Assembly: GCA_046595005.1 (NCBI GenBank)
Contig: JBKJPL010000036.1
Coordinates: 35,140-99,139 of the forward strand
Source: Bacteriovoracaceae bacterium
GTDB lineage: Bacteria > Bdellovibrionota > Bacteriovoracia > Bacteriovoracales > Bacteriovoracaceae
Length of the DNA stretch: 64,000 nucleotides
Direction: 5' to 3'
The notes under the pieces were generated by a model. The model did no database searches. It was not told where the DNA came from and saw only the letters and a program-made list of their open reading frames with translations. Below are positions 1-8,246 of this stretch, one piece after another (within the stretch, counting starts at the first letter, position 1; each line of letters begins with the position of its first letter). A program made the translations under genes and the position numbers.

Positions 1-60
1 TGACGTAATATCCACGTCAATCTGTTCATTATTACGTTTTCTTGCGAATCTCTTCTTCAT
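1..60 (-). CDS. Second ExbD/TolR-family protein (AglS/AglV-like), 5' fragment running off the window edge
   Basis: Reverse complement of 1-60 reads MKKRFARKRNNEQIDVDITS; the ATG overlaps the TGA of the upstream ExbD; basic N-terminus then D-I-T-S, as at the start of the ExbD TM segment. Not in the ORF track. Confidence 0.7.
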   Translation of the reverse strand, partial: MKKRFARKRNNEQIDVDITS

Positions 61-518
61 TTGCCGACTCCTGAGTTATCAAATACGATCTGCTCGAAGA
101 TTTTTTCTTTCTTCAGACGATCACCCTGAGTGTTATCAATAAAGGTGATGAGATACTGGAAAGAAATCTTCGGATCGGCTTTGACGATCATGGTATTTTC
201 TTTCGGATTAGTTGCTTTCAACTCACGAAGATAGTTAGTCAGGTCCGGTCCTTGTGTTGACGCAAATGAGCGTGAACGAAGATTCTTGATACCAGTCTTC
301 ACCACCACCTGATCCTTACTAACTTCTAAAGTCAAATTCAGAGGATCTTTGTCCTTCTTGTCTTCAATTTCTTGTGTCATCGGAAGGGAGGAACCGATTT
401 CATAGACATCAACAAACTGAGCAGACATCAGAAGGAAGAAGATGAAGATGAACACTGAATCCAGGATGGGAACCAGGTTCAGTTTTTCAATTTTTTTAAT
501 CTTGCGACCTGTTTTCAT
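57..518 (-). CDS. exbD: ExbD/TolR-family biopolymer transport protein (AglS-like)
   Basis: LNLVPILDSVFIFIFFLLM TM segment with the conserved Asp; C-terminal IVKADPKISF periplasmic motif; directly follows a TolQ/ExbB gene. Confidence 0.9.
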   Translation of the reverse strand: MKTGRKIKKIEKLNLVPILDSVFIFIFFLLMSAQFVDVYEIGSSLPMTQEIEDKKDKDPLNLTLEVSKDQVVVKTGIKNLRSRSFASTQGPDLTNYLRELKATNPKENTMIVKADPKISFQYLITFIDNTQGDRLKKEKIFEQIVFDNSGVGK

Positions 519-540
519 AACAACCTCTGAGAAAACTTAA

Positions 541-1260
541 TTAAGCAGCTTTATCTTCTTTCGAAATTCCCTGCTTCTTAGTCGACAGGAGATCGAGAAG
601 CTTCACTGAATTCTCTTCAATTTCCTGGATCATCTTCTCACCACGGGCCATGAGGAAAGCGTGAACCACCATGAGAGAAATCGCAGATAAGAGACCAAGA
701 GCTGTAGTGTTCATCGCTACCGCAATACCTTCAGCGAGGAGCTGGGCTTTTTGAGAAGCTTCAGCACCGGCAACTGCTGCGAATGACTGAATCAGACCCT
801 GAATGGTTCCGAGAAGTCCGAGGAGTGTTGAAAGGTTCGCGCAGAGAGCGAGATATGAAAGTCGTTTTTCGATTTTCGGAACTGTTTCGAGGATTGATGC
901 CTCGAGAGCGTCCTGAATTTGTTCTTTTGATTGATTCGCGCGCTTGAGACCATTTTTCATCACGAACGCGAGAAGTGATGGAGACTCAGAACAAGACTGG
1001 ATGGCGTCCTGAACCTGATTTCCGATTACCCATTTTTTAATTGAGGCCATGAGACTTGTACCATCAATGTCATACTTGAAGAAGCACTTGAGCCTCTCAA
1101 AGCAGATCGCGATACCGATCGCCCATATGACGGCGATAACCCACATGAAGATACCACCCTCGACCATGAATCGGGCAGACCACTGTAGCATTGTTTCCTG
1201 GACGATTGGTGATGCTGCTACTGCGGCAGCAGCGGTTTGTGTAGCTGTAACTGGATCCAT
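541..1260 (-). CDS. MotA/TolQ/ExbB proton channel subunit (AglR-like)
   Basis: LLGLLGTIQGLIQSF and GIAVAMNTTALGL TM motifs typical of the MotA/TolQ/ExbB family. Confidence 0.92.
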   Translation of the reverse strand: MDPVTATQTAAAAVAASPIVQETMLQWSARFMVEGGIFMWVIAVIWAIGIAICFERLKCFFKYDIDGTSLMASIKKWVIGNQVQDAIQSCSESPSLLAFVMKNGLKRANQSKEQIQDALEASILETVPKIEKRLSYLALCANLSTLLGLLGTIQGLIQSFAAVAGAEASQKAQLLAEGIAVAMNTTALGLLSAISLMVVHAFLMARGEKMIQEIEENSVKLLDLLSTKKQGISKEDKAA

Positions 1261-1435
1261 TAGTTCCCCCCTATTGAGATAGACTCAAAGCTTGCTTTTA
1301 AATTGTGTATTAATGATGGAAGCATCAATGAACGTCGTTCACTGAATGCGATTGAAATTAAAATATTTCGTTTCATTAAAAAGCCAGAACAGACCTTTGG
1401 GCCTTATTCTTTTTCAGTCCGGAACGTATCAGCAG

Positions 1436-1463
1436 ACGTGCAGCGTGGAGTAACGTTCAACAA
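1436..1463 (-). promoter_or_regulatory. Conserved 28-bp motif, copy 1, upstream of tolQ/exbD/exbD
   Basis: ACGTGCAGCGTGGAGTAACGTTCAACAA matches 5612-5639 at 25/28 positions; the sense strand reads TGAAC-N16-CGTC (ECF-promoter-like). Confidence 0.6.
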
Positions 1464-1611
1464 GTATACCGGACTAAAACAATCGAAACTGGTTCATTCT
1501 ATATGTTAAAAAACCAATATCAAGCCAACGTATCGGCAAAAAAAGCCGGAACCCAAGGGTTAAAGTGACTTAAAAATATGTGGGGGGCGAAAAGTTTCTG
1601 AAGGGAGAGGA

Positions 1612-1637
1612 AAATCGCCAACAAAAGTTGGCGATTT
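1612..1637 (-). terminator. Hairpin, probable intrinsic terminator after cglF
   Basis: Perfect 11-bp stem AAATCGCCAAC / GTTGGCGATTT with a 4-nt loop, 5 nt after the stop at 1643; the U-tract is short. Confidence 0.65.
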
Positions 1638-1642
1638 GCAGA

Positions 1643-1906
1643 TTATCTCAAGGAATCAACATCTTTCTTCTGGAAGGTATCGAAGTTCTTGCGGGTATAG
1701 AGATCAAGTTCGAAGCGCTTGCGCTCTCTTTCCCGAACTGAGATATCACCGGGGGCTATGAGCTGCCCTTTTACCTCAAGATTTCCTAGGTCGAACTTCT
1801 CATACTTCTTATACTGATAAATCACTTTAGGCTCGGTTTTTGGAGCTTCCTGGGCCATCGCCGGAGTAAGCACAAGGAGACTAAGTGATAACAACAAATA
1901 TTTCAT
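1643..1906 (-). CDS. cglF: CglF/GltF-like small secreted gliding-motility protein
   Basis: Signal peptide, then YKKYEKFDLGNLEVKGQLIAPG...RERKRF...RKNF...DVDSL, matching from memory the myxobacterial CglF pattern (Y.KK..IDF....EGEL.KP.G...RK...F...R.NF). Confidence 0.7.
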   Translation of the reverse strand: MKYLLLSLSLLVLTPAMAQEAPKTEPKVIYQYKKYEKFDLGNLEVKGQLIAPGDISVRERERKRFELDLYTRKNFDTFQKKDVDSLR

Positions 1907-1915
1907 AGACCCTTC

Positions 1916-3370
1916 CTATTCTTTCTTATCGGCACTTTCTTCGGAATTACTTTCTTCGGTACTGTCTTCGTTCGAGAGAGTCTCTGTTCTGTAGGTCTGG
2001 CAGTTTGATTTAAGACCAAAGGAATAATCCCCCAACTCATCGGCCCAGAAAGCACCATGAAATTTCCAGAACTCTTCGAAGCGTGTTCTTGTCACGTTCG
2101 AGAAGTCACCGCGACCTCGGTCAGCTACGAGCTTCTTACCGCTATAGACGAGATCCTTCTTCCGCGAAAGAACTTCAAGGTTCACCTTAAAGAGCTCGGA
2201 CGAGAAGAATGGAACACTCTCCAGGAACTGGAAGATATCGGTCTTAGCGTTGTAGTTAATTTTAGTAATCATGTTCTCTCTCACCGAAGCGAGGTGAGGA
2301 ATGAGCTTGTGCTGGATTTCTTTTTTCTCACTCAGAATCCGCTTCATTTCCTGATTGATTTTATAGATCGAATTGAAGTCGAGGCTGAAGCGGGTCTGCT
2401 TCTTCATCCTGGTTACAATCTGACGGGTGAAGGTTTCATGTTTCTTTAATTCTTCGCCCGGACGGAACATGAGATTGTAAAAATAGTTCGGGGTGCTGTT
2501 ATGTTTTCTCATCACTGCTTCCAGGGCCTGGAAACGCGGACGATAAAACTGATAGTACTGATTAATGATCGTCAGTGAGTCGTCGTAGAGACACAAACGG
2601 AAATATGCCAGTGCTGTAAGATACTCTGCTTCCGGAAAGAAGTAAGTATCAAGTAGTGGCGACTTATAAGTAACAAGAAGTCCCAATGTACGGTTGAAAT
2701 CCCCTAACTGATAGTAGGCCCATGCCTTTTCCAGAATAATATACGGCCACTTGTAAGAGCGCTTAGGAACTTTATTATAAGAATCAATTGAGGCCTGATA
2801 ATTACCGACCTTGTAATGGTGACGAGCGCGGTTAATGAGACAGATCTCGTAAACCATGCGGAAGTAGCGTCCGATTTTCTCACTCGCCGCTTTCTTCTCC
2901 TGCTTTTCAGCACTCACCTGACAGCGGTCGTATGCCGCAAATTCCATATCCTTATTCTTCAGACCATCATGGACCTGGGCCAGAAGTAACTGGGACTCAG
3001 GATAATAACGGTGATCAGGATGGACCTTGTCCATGAGATCAAATGCTTTCTTTAAATCTTTTTTCTGAATAGCCTGACGTCCAAGAATGAAGCGCGTGGA
3101 TGAAGTCGGAAAACGCGCGAGCATGGTTGGTTCGTAATCTTCGAGAATCTCGATACCAGTGAAGTAAAGAAGCTCCTCAAGTCTGGTAAGATCATTTTTG
3201 GTTACTTCACGGAAATATGTTTCCTTGAAGAACTCGTTAAGTGCTGAGTAGTAATATTTTTTCTCTTCCAGCTTCTGAGAAAACAATTCTTTTGGTTGCG
3301 CCACACCTGGTTGGGTCTGTGCGAATGCCGAAAAACTGTAAAGAAGGAAAAGAGCGATTAGTATTTTCAT
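1916..3370 (-). CDS. gltC: Secreted TPR protein, GltC-like gliding-motility component
   Basis: Signal peptide, TPR-like helices, LEKAWAYYQLGDFNRTLG..VTYKSP...FFPEAEYLTALAYFRLCLYDD motif resembling GltC; lies between an OM barrel and CglF. Confidence 0.7.
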   Translation of the reverse strand: MKILIALFLLYSFSAFAQTQPGVAQPKELFSQKLEEKKYYYSALNEFFKETYFREVTKNDLTRLEELLYFTGIEILEDYEPTMLARFPTSSTRFILGRQAIQKKDLKKAFDLMDKVHPDHRYYPESQLLLAQVHDGLKNKDMEFAAYDRCQVSAEKQEKKAASEKIGRYFRMVYEICLINRARHHYKVGNYQASIDSYNKVPKRSYKWPYIILEKAWAYYQLGDFNRTLGLLVTYKSPLLDTYFFPEAEYLTALAYFRLCLYDDSLTIINQYYQFYRPRFQALEAVMRKHNSTPNYFYNLMFRPGEELKKHETFTRQIVTRMKKQTRFSLDFNSIYKINQEMKRILSEKKEIQHKLIPHLASVRENMITKINYNAKTDIFQFLESVPFFSSELFKVNLEVLSRKKDLVYSGKKLVADRGRGDFSNVTRTRFEEFWKFHGAFWADELGDYSFGLKSNCQTYRTETLSNEDSTEESNSEESADKKE

Positions 3371-3379
3371 GTCCGGACC

Positions 3380-4075
3380 TTAAAATGAAAAGCCGACAGA
3401 GATAATCACGTCGGTATTCACGCGCAGTTTTTTAGTTGGAGATCTTGGTCCTGCGGCAGTCCAGTATGTATTGAAGTATTCCGCTGATACGTGCCAGTTT
3501 TCTGTCAGGTGGAACTTCAAATTGGTCTTAAGGGTTGCACCAGTGAACGACTCATTCTTGAAGTAAGTTTTAACATTCCCCTTCTTCACAGATTCGAGGT
3601 TCGATTCAGCATTGATCTTTGCAAGACCAGCTCCGAACGACCAGTCAAAATAGAAGATTTGATTGAACGTATTAATTTTTCCATAGAACGGAGACCAGAT
3701 GATATTTGCACCGTAAGTGCTGTTAAGCCTTCTGATGAAGGGCTCCTGAGAGTTAATCAATCTGACGTTTCTAAAGTCATCGTTATTCTGGTTTGTGTAT
3801 CCATGATAGAAGCCCTCTATCCCCCACTCTTCGTGGAAATAAAATCCTGCTTTCGCTGCATACCCGTAAGTATCCTGGAACTTCGAAGTGAAGTTACTCA
3901 AGTAACCCAGATCGAAATAGCCAGTGTGTTCTTTTTTGTAGAGTTTGTTCTGGAGAACGTAAACTTTCTTATCAGGATCCAGCCAGAGGAAGTCGTATAA
4001 CGACTTCTCTCCGGCGTGGACTTTATTTGTCATCATGAGAGCTGTAAAAAGAGCAAGCAGTGTCAGCTTAAGCAT
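3380..4075 (-). CDS. Outer-membrane beta-barrel protein (GltA/GltB/GltH-like)
   Basis: Signal peptide, amphipathic strands, WSPFYGKIN motif, C-terminal aromatic ending VGFSF; gliding-cluster context. Confidence 0.8.
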   Translation of the reverse strand: MLKLTLLALFTALMMTNKVHAGEKSLYDFLWLDPDKKVYVLQNKLYKKEHTGYFDLGYLSNFTSKFQDTYGYAAKAGFYFHEEWGIEGFYHGYTNQNNDDFRNVRLINSQEPFIRRLNSTYGANIIWSPFYGKINTFNQIFYFDWSFGAGLAKINAESNLESVKKGNVKTYFKNESFTGATLKTNLKFHLTENWHVSAEYFNTYWTAAGPRSPTKKLRVNTDVIISVGFSF

Positions 4076-4091
4076 AGAATCAATCCTTCGA

Positions 4092-5552
4092 TTACTTAAC
4101 TTTTATATACTTCACTGTAACCTGAGCCCCGATTGGAGGCAAGTTTCCTGCATGAAACTTGATCGAACGGGAAGCTGAATCGTATGAATAAGCTGAAGAT
4201 TCAACACCATTTACAAAAACCTTCAGAGAACCGTCCGCTGGCTTACCAGCAAGAGCAAATGAATCCAGTAGATCGATTATAGAATCACCCATTTCCAAAA
4301 GAACGTTATCGAAACGATCCATGATGTCTGACATCTTACCGGCAGTAAGTTTTGAAGCTTCTTCGTAACGAACGTGACCGATTGTATTACCACCAGTATT
4401 AACGTCATTAGCATTTACGATCGTATAGACTTTAACGAGACCTTCCTGTGACTTTTGCGCTTTGAGGTTATCGACATAAAATTTAACAGCCTCAGAAGAC
4501 TGATCTTCCTCGTCGGATAAAATAACCACGGCTAAGTAGGCTTCAGGACGGATCCAGTTTGAATACTTGCTTACGAATCCTTCTGTAGCAGCGAGCCCTT
4601 TCTCATAACCTGAACCTTTAATTCCAACCTGAACCATAGATAAAAAGTTTTCATAGAACTTCTGCTCATCTGCTTTCGCAGCTGCAGAAGTAAGTGCTGT
4701 AGTTGAGCCTGGGACGATCGCCCCTTTTTTAGCTTCTGAGCTTGTATCGGTTGTTGTAATCGCCATTTTGAAATCAACATTCTTAGAGATAAAACCTTTG
4801 ATAAAAGAATCGAAATTCTCACCAAGTGCTTTCTGCTCATCGGCCATTGAGCCGGAATTGTCGATTACCCAAAGGATATCGATTTTCTTAGTCTGTTCAG
4901 CAGTTTGCTGAAATTTTTCCTCAGCGTAACAAACTTCAGTTGCATTAGGATCTTTTGAAGCGTTTGGTCCGCCATTACCCTGACCAGGATTTGAATCGTC
5001 TACGCCGTCATCATCGTTACCGTGACCATTGTTACAGTCACCGATACCGCCAGTAGTTGAACCTGTTGTTGATCCACCAGTAGTAGAACCTGTTGTTGAT
5101 CCACCAGTAGTAGAACCAGTTGTTGATCCACCAGTAGTTGAACCTGTAGTTGATCCACCAACAGTTCCGCCAGATGTAGAACCACCAGTTGTATCTCCAG
5201 TAGTAGAACCACCGGTTGTAGATCCACCAACTGTACCGCCAGAAGTAGAACCACCGGTTGTAGATCCACCAACTGTACTGCCAGAAGTCGAATCACCAGT
5301 AGTAGAACCACCAGCAGTTGTTCCGTCAGTAGAACCGCTGGTTACTCCTGAGTCCACCCCCGCAGTTTCGCCACCAGTTGTTTCAGAGGTGTCATCCGCG
5401 TATGGATTATCGAGATAATCTTTTTGATAGAACTCTTCTTTGTTACAAGCTGTAACGCTGGCAACGAAGAGAAGAGTCATTGCAAGACGGTTAAAGTTAA
5501 AATGAACCGAATTTTTGGCGAACCAAAATCCATTTGTAAGTGAGTGTTTCAT
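4092..5552 (-). CDS. Lipoprotein with Gly/Thr/Ser-rich stalk and C-terminal vWA-like domain
   Basis: Lipobox VTAC; about 120-aa GSTT-rich linker; DILWVIDNSGSM MIDAS (DxSxS) motif and VILSDEED. Confidence 0.8.
   Translation of the reverse strand: MKHSLTNGFWFAKNSVHFNFNRLAMTLLFVASVTACNKEEFYQKDYLDNPYADDTSETTGGETAGVDSGVTSGSTDGTTAGGSTTGDSTSGSTVGGSTTGGSTSGGTVGGSTTGGSTTGDTTGGSTSGGTVGGSTTGSTTGGSTTGSTTGGSTTGSTTGGSTTGSTTGGIGDCNNGHGNDDDGVDDSNPGQGNGGPNASKDPNATEVCYAEEKFQQTAEQTKKIDILWVIDNSGSMADEQKALGENFDSFIKGFISKNVDFKMAITTTDTSSEAKKGAIVPGSTTALTSAAAKADEQKFYENFLSMVQVGIKGSGYEKGLAATEGFVSKYSNWIRPEAYLAVVILSDEEDQSSEAVKFYVDNLKAQKSQEGLVKVYTIVNANDVNTGGNTIGHVRYEEASKLTAGKMSDIMDRFDNVLLEMGDSIIDLLDSFALAGKPADGSLKVFVNGVESSAYSYDSASRSIKFHAGNLPPIGAQVTVKYIKVK
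5047..5330 (-). repeat. Coding tandem repeats encoding (G)STTGGSTTG and GGTVGGSTT
   Basis: Four near-identical 27-bp units at 5047-5154 (e.g. CCACCAGTAGTAGAACCTGTTGTTGAT), plus a duplicated GTAGAACCACCGGTTGTAGATCCACCAACTGTA; variation falls at wobble positions. Confidence 0.9.
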
Positions 5553-5611
5553 GGTTTTCCCAGAAACAGACTGTTAAGCCATGCGGTTCTTTCTAATTTC
5601 GGGATCAACAA

Positions 5612-5639
5612 ACGTGCAGCGTGAATTAACGTCCAACAA
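5612..5639 (-). promoter_or_regulatory. Conserved 28-bp motif, copy 2, upstream of the vWA-barrel-gltC-cglF operon
   Basis: ACGTGCAGCGTGAATTAACGTCCAACAA, 25/28 identical to 1436-1463, same orientation relative to the downstream genes. Confidence 0.6.
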
Positions 5640-5819
5640 CAAAATTAGAAAAAAAGAATTTATTACTTAAAACGGATTCTACTCTCCTCATTACCGAATT
5701 CAACTGGTATGCAGCCGAAAAATCGAGAAACGCCGGGAGTATAAACCTTTAGAAGTTTGTAGCCTCTAATCGGTGACAGGCCAGAAAACTCAAGCCAAAT
5801 GTTGTTGGCAGTGGAAGTA

Positions 5820-6404
5820 TCAGAAACCTAACAGGAGTTTTGAACCAGGCTTCTTCTCGATTTTGGACCAGGCCCCGCGGACATTATCAAGATCGTTCCC
5901 TACTATCATCTCGCAGGCACCATTATTCCCGGTGAAATTGAGACGGTTGAAGAACTTCATCTTTTTGAGCTCAGTAAAGTGAAGGGTTCCCACTTTAGGA
6001 CATTCAACGACAAAGGAACCTATATAGGTGGGGGATTTCTTTTTGATTTCAAACTGAAAGAGTTCCTGACCTTCGAGCGCATCGTACTTTTCAGCACCGA
6101 CGGCGACGGACTCAATATTATAGTGGCCGGCCGGAAGCTCGATATCCGAGAGAGTTGTTTCTACCCTGATGTACTCTTTCTTCCCGGATTCCCGGTGATA
6201 AAGGGCAAATTCTATATCAGCGGGATAAATGAGATGCCAGACTGCCCGACTTTTTCGGATGGACTTCTCAGCCTTTTTCACTGGGTTCGTAACCCGCTTC
6301 ACTTTATCCGCATGAACAGGACCTGGTTTCACAGGTTCAGTCTTCCGGAAAGAAGCACAGCTGGAGAGGAAAATAACAAGTGCCAAGACAATCATAGTTC
6401 GCAT
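5820..6404 (-). CDS. Hypothetical lipoprotein
   Basis: MRTMIVLALVIFLSSC lipoprotein signal; TATAGT 6 nt upstream of the ATG. Confidence 0.75.
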   Translation of the reverse strand: MRTMIVLALVIFLSSCASFRKTEPVKPGPVHADKVKRVTNPVKKAEKSIRKSRAVWHLIYPADIEFALYHRESGKKEYIRVETTLSDIELPAGHYNIESVAVGAEKYDALEGQELFQFEIKKKSPTYIGSFVVECPKVGTLHFTELKKMKFFNRLNFTGNNGACEMIVGNDLDNVRGAWSKIEKKPGSKLLLGF

Positions 6405-6421
6405 GTCTATACTATATCACC
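6405..6421. promoter_or_regulatory. Overlapping back-to-back -10 hexamers between divergent start codons
   Basis: TATACT (+, 6408-6413) is 8 nt before ATG 6422; TATAGT (-, 6416-6411) is 6 nt before ATG 6404. Confidence 0.55.
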
Positions 6422-7453
6422 ATGACGTCAGTGTATTCAATGACTTCTCAAAAATGGAAAGACTTTCTTCTGGAAAACGGAGCATCGCTCCCCACTCTTC
6501 CCTATTGGCTCGAGGGTCTCTACCGAAATGCGGATCTGTGGAAGAAACATATTTCCCCGGATTTCGTGGCGCGCGCCCGCGGAAAACTTGATTTCTCGCT
6601 GCCAGAAATTACAAAAACTCATGAAGCTTCTGACGGAACAACTAAGTTTCAGATGAAAATGTCCGATGGCCTTGAAGTTGAGACTGTACTCATCCCCTTT
6701 CATAAACGTTTTACGGTTTGTCTTTCTACTCAGGTCGGTTGCGGAATGAATTGTTCATTCTGCTACACGGGGACGATGGGCCTCCGTAGAAATCTCACTG
6801 CCGGTGAGATAGTAGGACAGTATCTGAAGGCGCGCGAGTTTTTGAGACAAAAAAATCCCAAGGCGCTTAATCCCAGTGTGGTTTTCATGGGCCAGGGTGA
6901 GCCACTCCACAATGTGACTGAAGTTAAGAGTTCTGTTGAAATACTCAATGATCCACATATGTGCGATGTGGGCTTAAGACAAATGACCTTATCGACGGTC
7001 GGATATTTACCCGGCATGGAGGAGCTGAAATCATTTCCCCGGATCAATATTGCCTTATCACTTCATTCACCTTTTGATGAAGAAAGAAATCTCCTCATCC
7101 CTGTTAATCAGAAATATAATCTCAAAGAAGTCCTCGCAAAACTTGATGAGCTTTCAAGACAGTTCATCACGTTTGAATATCTTCTGGTGAAAGACTTCAA
7201 CATGTCCGAACAGCATGCAGATGAGCTCGCTACCCTTCTGGGTCACAGGAACGCCATCATGAATCTCATTCCCATGAATCCCTTCCCCGGTTCCCGTTGG
7301 GAGCGTCCGGATGCTGATGATGTGGAAAAATTCAAAGAGCTTCTGGTGAAAAGAAAGCTCAGAGTGATGGTAAGAGAAACTAAGGGCGATGATATCCTTG
7401 CTGCCTGCGGACAACTCAGGGTAGAAAGTAGTGCGAGGAGAAAACATGTCTGA
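6422..7453 (+). CDS. rlmN: Dual-specificity RNA methyltransferase RlmN (radical SAM)
   Basis: CLSTQVGCGMNCSFC (CxxxCxxC), MGQGEP, ISLHSP-like ALSLHSP, and DILAACGQL with the methyl-carrying Cys. Confidence 0.92.
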   Translation: MTSVYSMTSQKWKDFLLENGASLPTLPYWLEGLYRNADLWKKHISPDFVARARGKLDFSLPEITKTHEASDGTTKFQMKMSDGLEVETVLIPFHKRFTVCLSTQVGCGMNCSFCYTGTMGLRRNLTAGEIVGQYLKAREFLRQKNPKALNPSVVFMGQGEPLHNVTEVKSSVEILNDPHMCDVGLRQMTLSTVGYLPGMEELKSFPRINIALSLHSPFDEERNLLIPVNQKYNLKEVLAKLDELSRQFITFEYLLVKDFNMSEQHADELATLLGHRNAIMNLIPMNPFPGSRWERPDADDVEKFKELLVKRKLRVMVRETKGDDILAACGQLRVESSARRKHV

Positions 7454-8246
7454 TTCTACTTATGATGCCCGCTTCTCCGGAATCGCCAGGCTCTATGGGC
7501 TAAGGGCCCAGGAGAGAATCAGAACCGCTAGTGTACTGGTAGTCGGAATTGGTGGCGTGGGCTCCTGGATTGCAGAATCACTTGCCCGTACCGGAATTGG
7601 TGCCTTGACCCTCGTTGATCTTGATGACGTTTGTGTGACGAATGTGAATCGTCAGATTCATGCGGTATCAAGCACCGTCGGACGCTTTAAAGTCGAAGTC
7701 ATGAAAGAAAGACTAATGGATATTCATCCTTACTGCGATATTGATATCAAGCAGTGTTTCTTCAGTCCGAAAAATATCGAAAAAGTTTTTGATAAAAAAT
7801 ATGATTTTGTCATCGATGCCTGTGATGACTTCAATAATAAATGTTACCTGATTGATTACTGCCGGAAGAATAGTATTCCCATGATCGTCATGGGAGGTGC
7901 CGGTGGAAAGGTTGATCCACTCCAGATACGTGTTTCTGATATGTCTTTTTCTCAGAATGACAAATTACTTTCACGAATCAGAAAAATTCTGCGCCAGGAA
8001 TTTGCTTTCCCCAGGCAAAACGAGGGTGAATTCGGAATAACAGCAGTGTGGTCGCATGAGCGCGCGGTTTACCCAACTGCCAACGGATGTACAACCCACA
8101 GGCCTCAGGGGATTTCAAAAAATATGGATTGTAGTGAAGGTTTTGGTTCAGCGAGTTTTTTGACAGGATCATTTGCATTCGTCGCGGCTTCAATTGTTAT
8201 TCGTGAACTTACGAAAGGATTTGTAGATGTTGAAATTTCTGAATGA
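7446..8246 (+). CDS. tcdA: tRNA threonylcarbamoyladenosine dehydratase (ThiF/E1-like)
   Basis: RFSGIARLYG, GIGGVGSW, DLDDVCVTNVNRQ, GGAGGKVDP, GFGSASFLTGSF; start re-called at ATG 7446, overlapping the rlmN stop. Confidence 0.9.
   Translation: MSDSTYDARFSGIARLYGLRAQERIRTASVLVVGIGGVGSWIAESLARTGIGALTLVDLDDVCVTNVNRQIHAVSSTVGRFKVEVMKERLMDIHPYCDIDIKQCFFSPKNIEKVFDKKYDFVIDACDDFNNKCYLIDYCRKNSIPMIVMGGAGGKVDPLQIRVSDMSFSQNDKLLSRIRKILRQEFAFPRQNEGEFGITAVWSHERAVYPTANGCTTHRPQGISKNMDCSEGFGSASFLTGSFAFVAASIVIRELTKGFVDVEISE

Noticed and set aside
1303-1509. 68-aa ORF in the cglF-tolQ gap
   Set aside because: GTG start without SD, no recognisable features, and it overlaps the conserved regulatory motif on the opposite strand
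5047-5154. 27-bp repeats as a CRISPR array
   Set aside because: Units are contiguous with no spacers, stay in frame, vary at wobble positions, and no cas genes are present
5000-5418. Pro/Val-rich ORF 5029-5418 (+) and Leu/Val-rich ORF 5000-5311 (-)
   Set aside because: Antisense and off-frame shadows of the Gly/Ser/Thr repeat in the vWA lipoprotein
6422-7453. Cfr-type antibiotic resistance methyltransferase
   Set aside because: Motifs and chromosomal tRNA-modification context fit RlmN; nothing Cfr-specific and no mobile context
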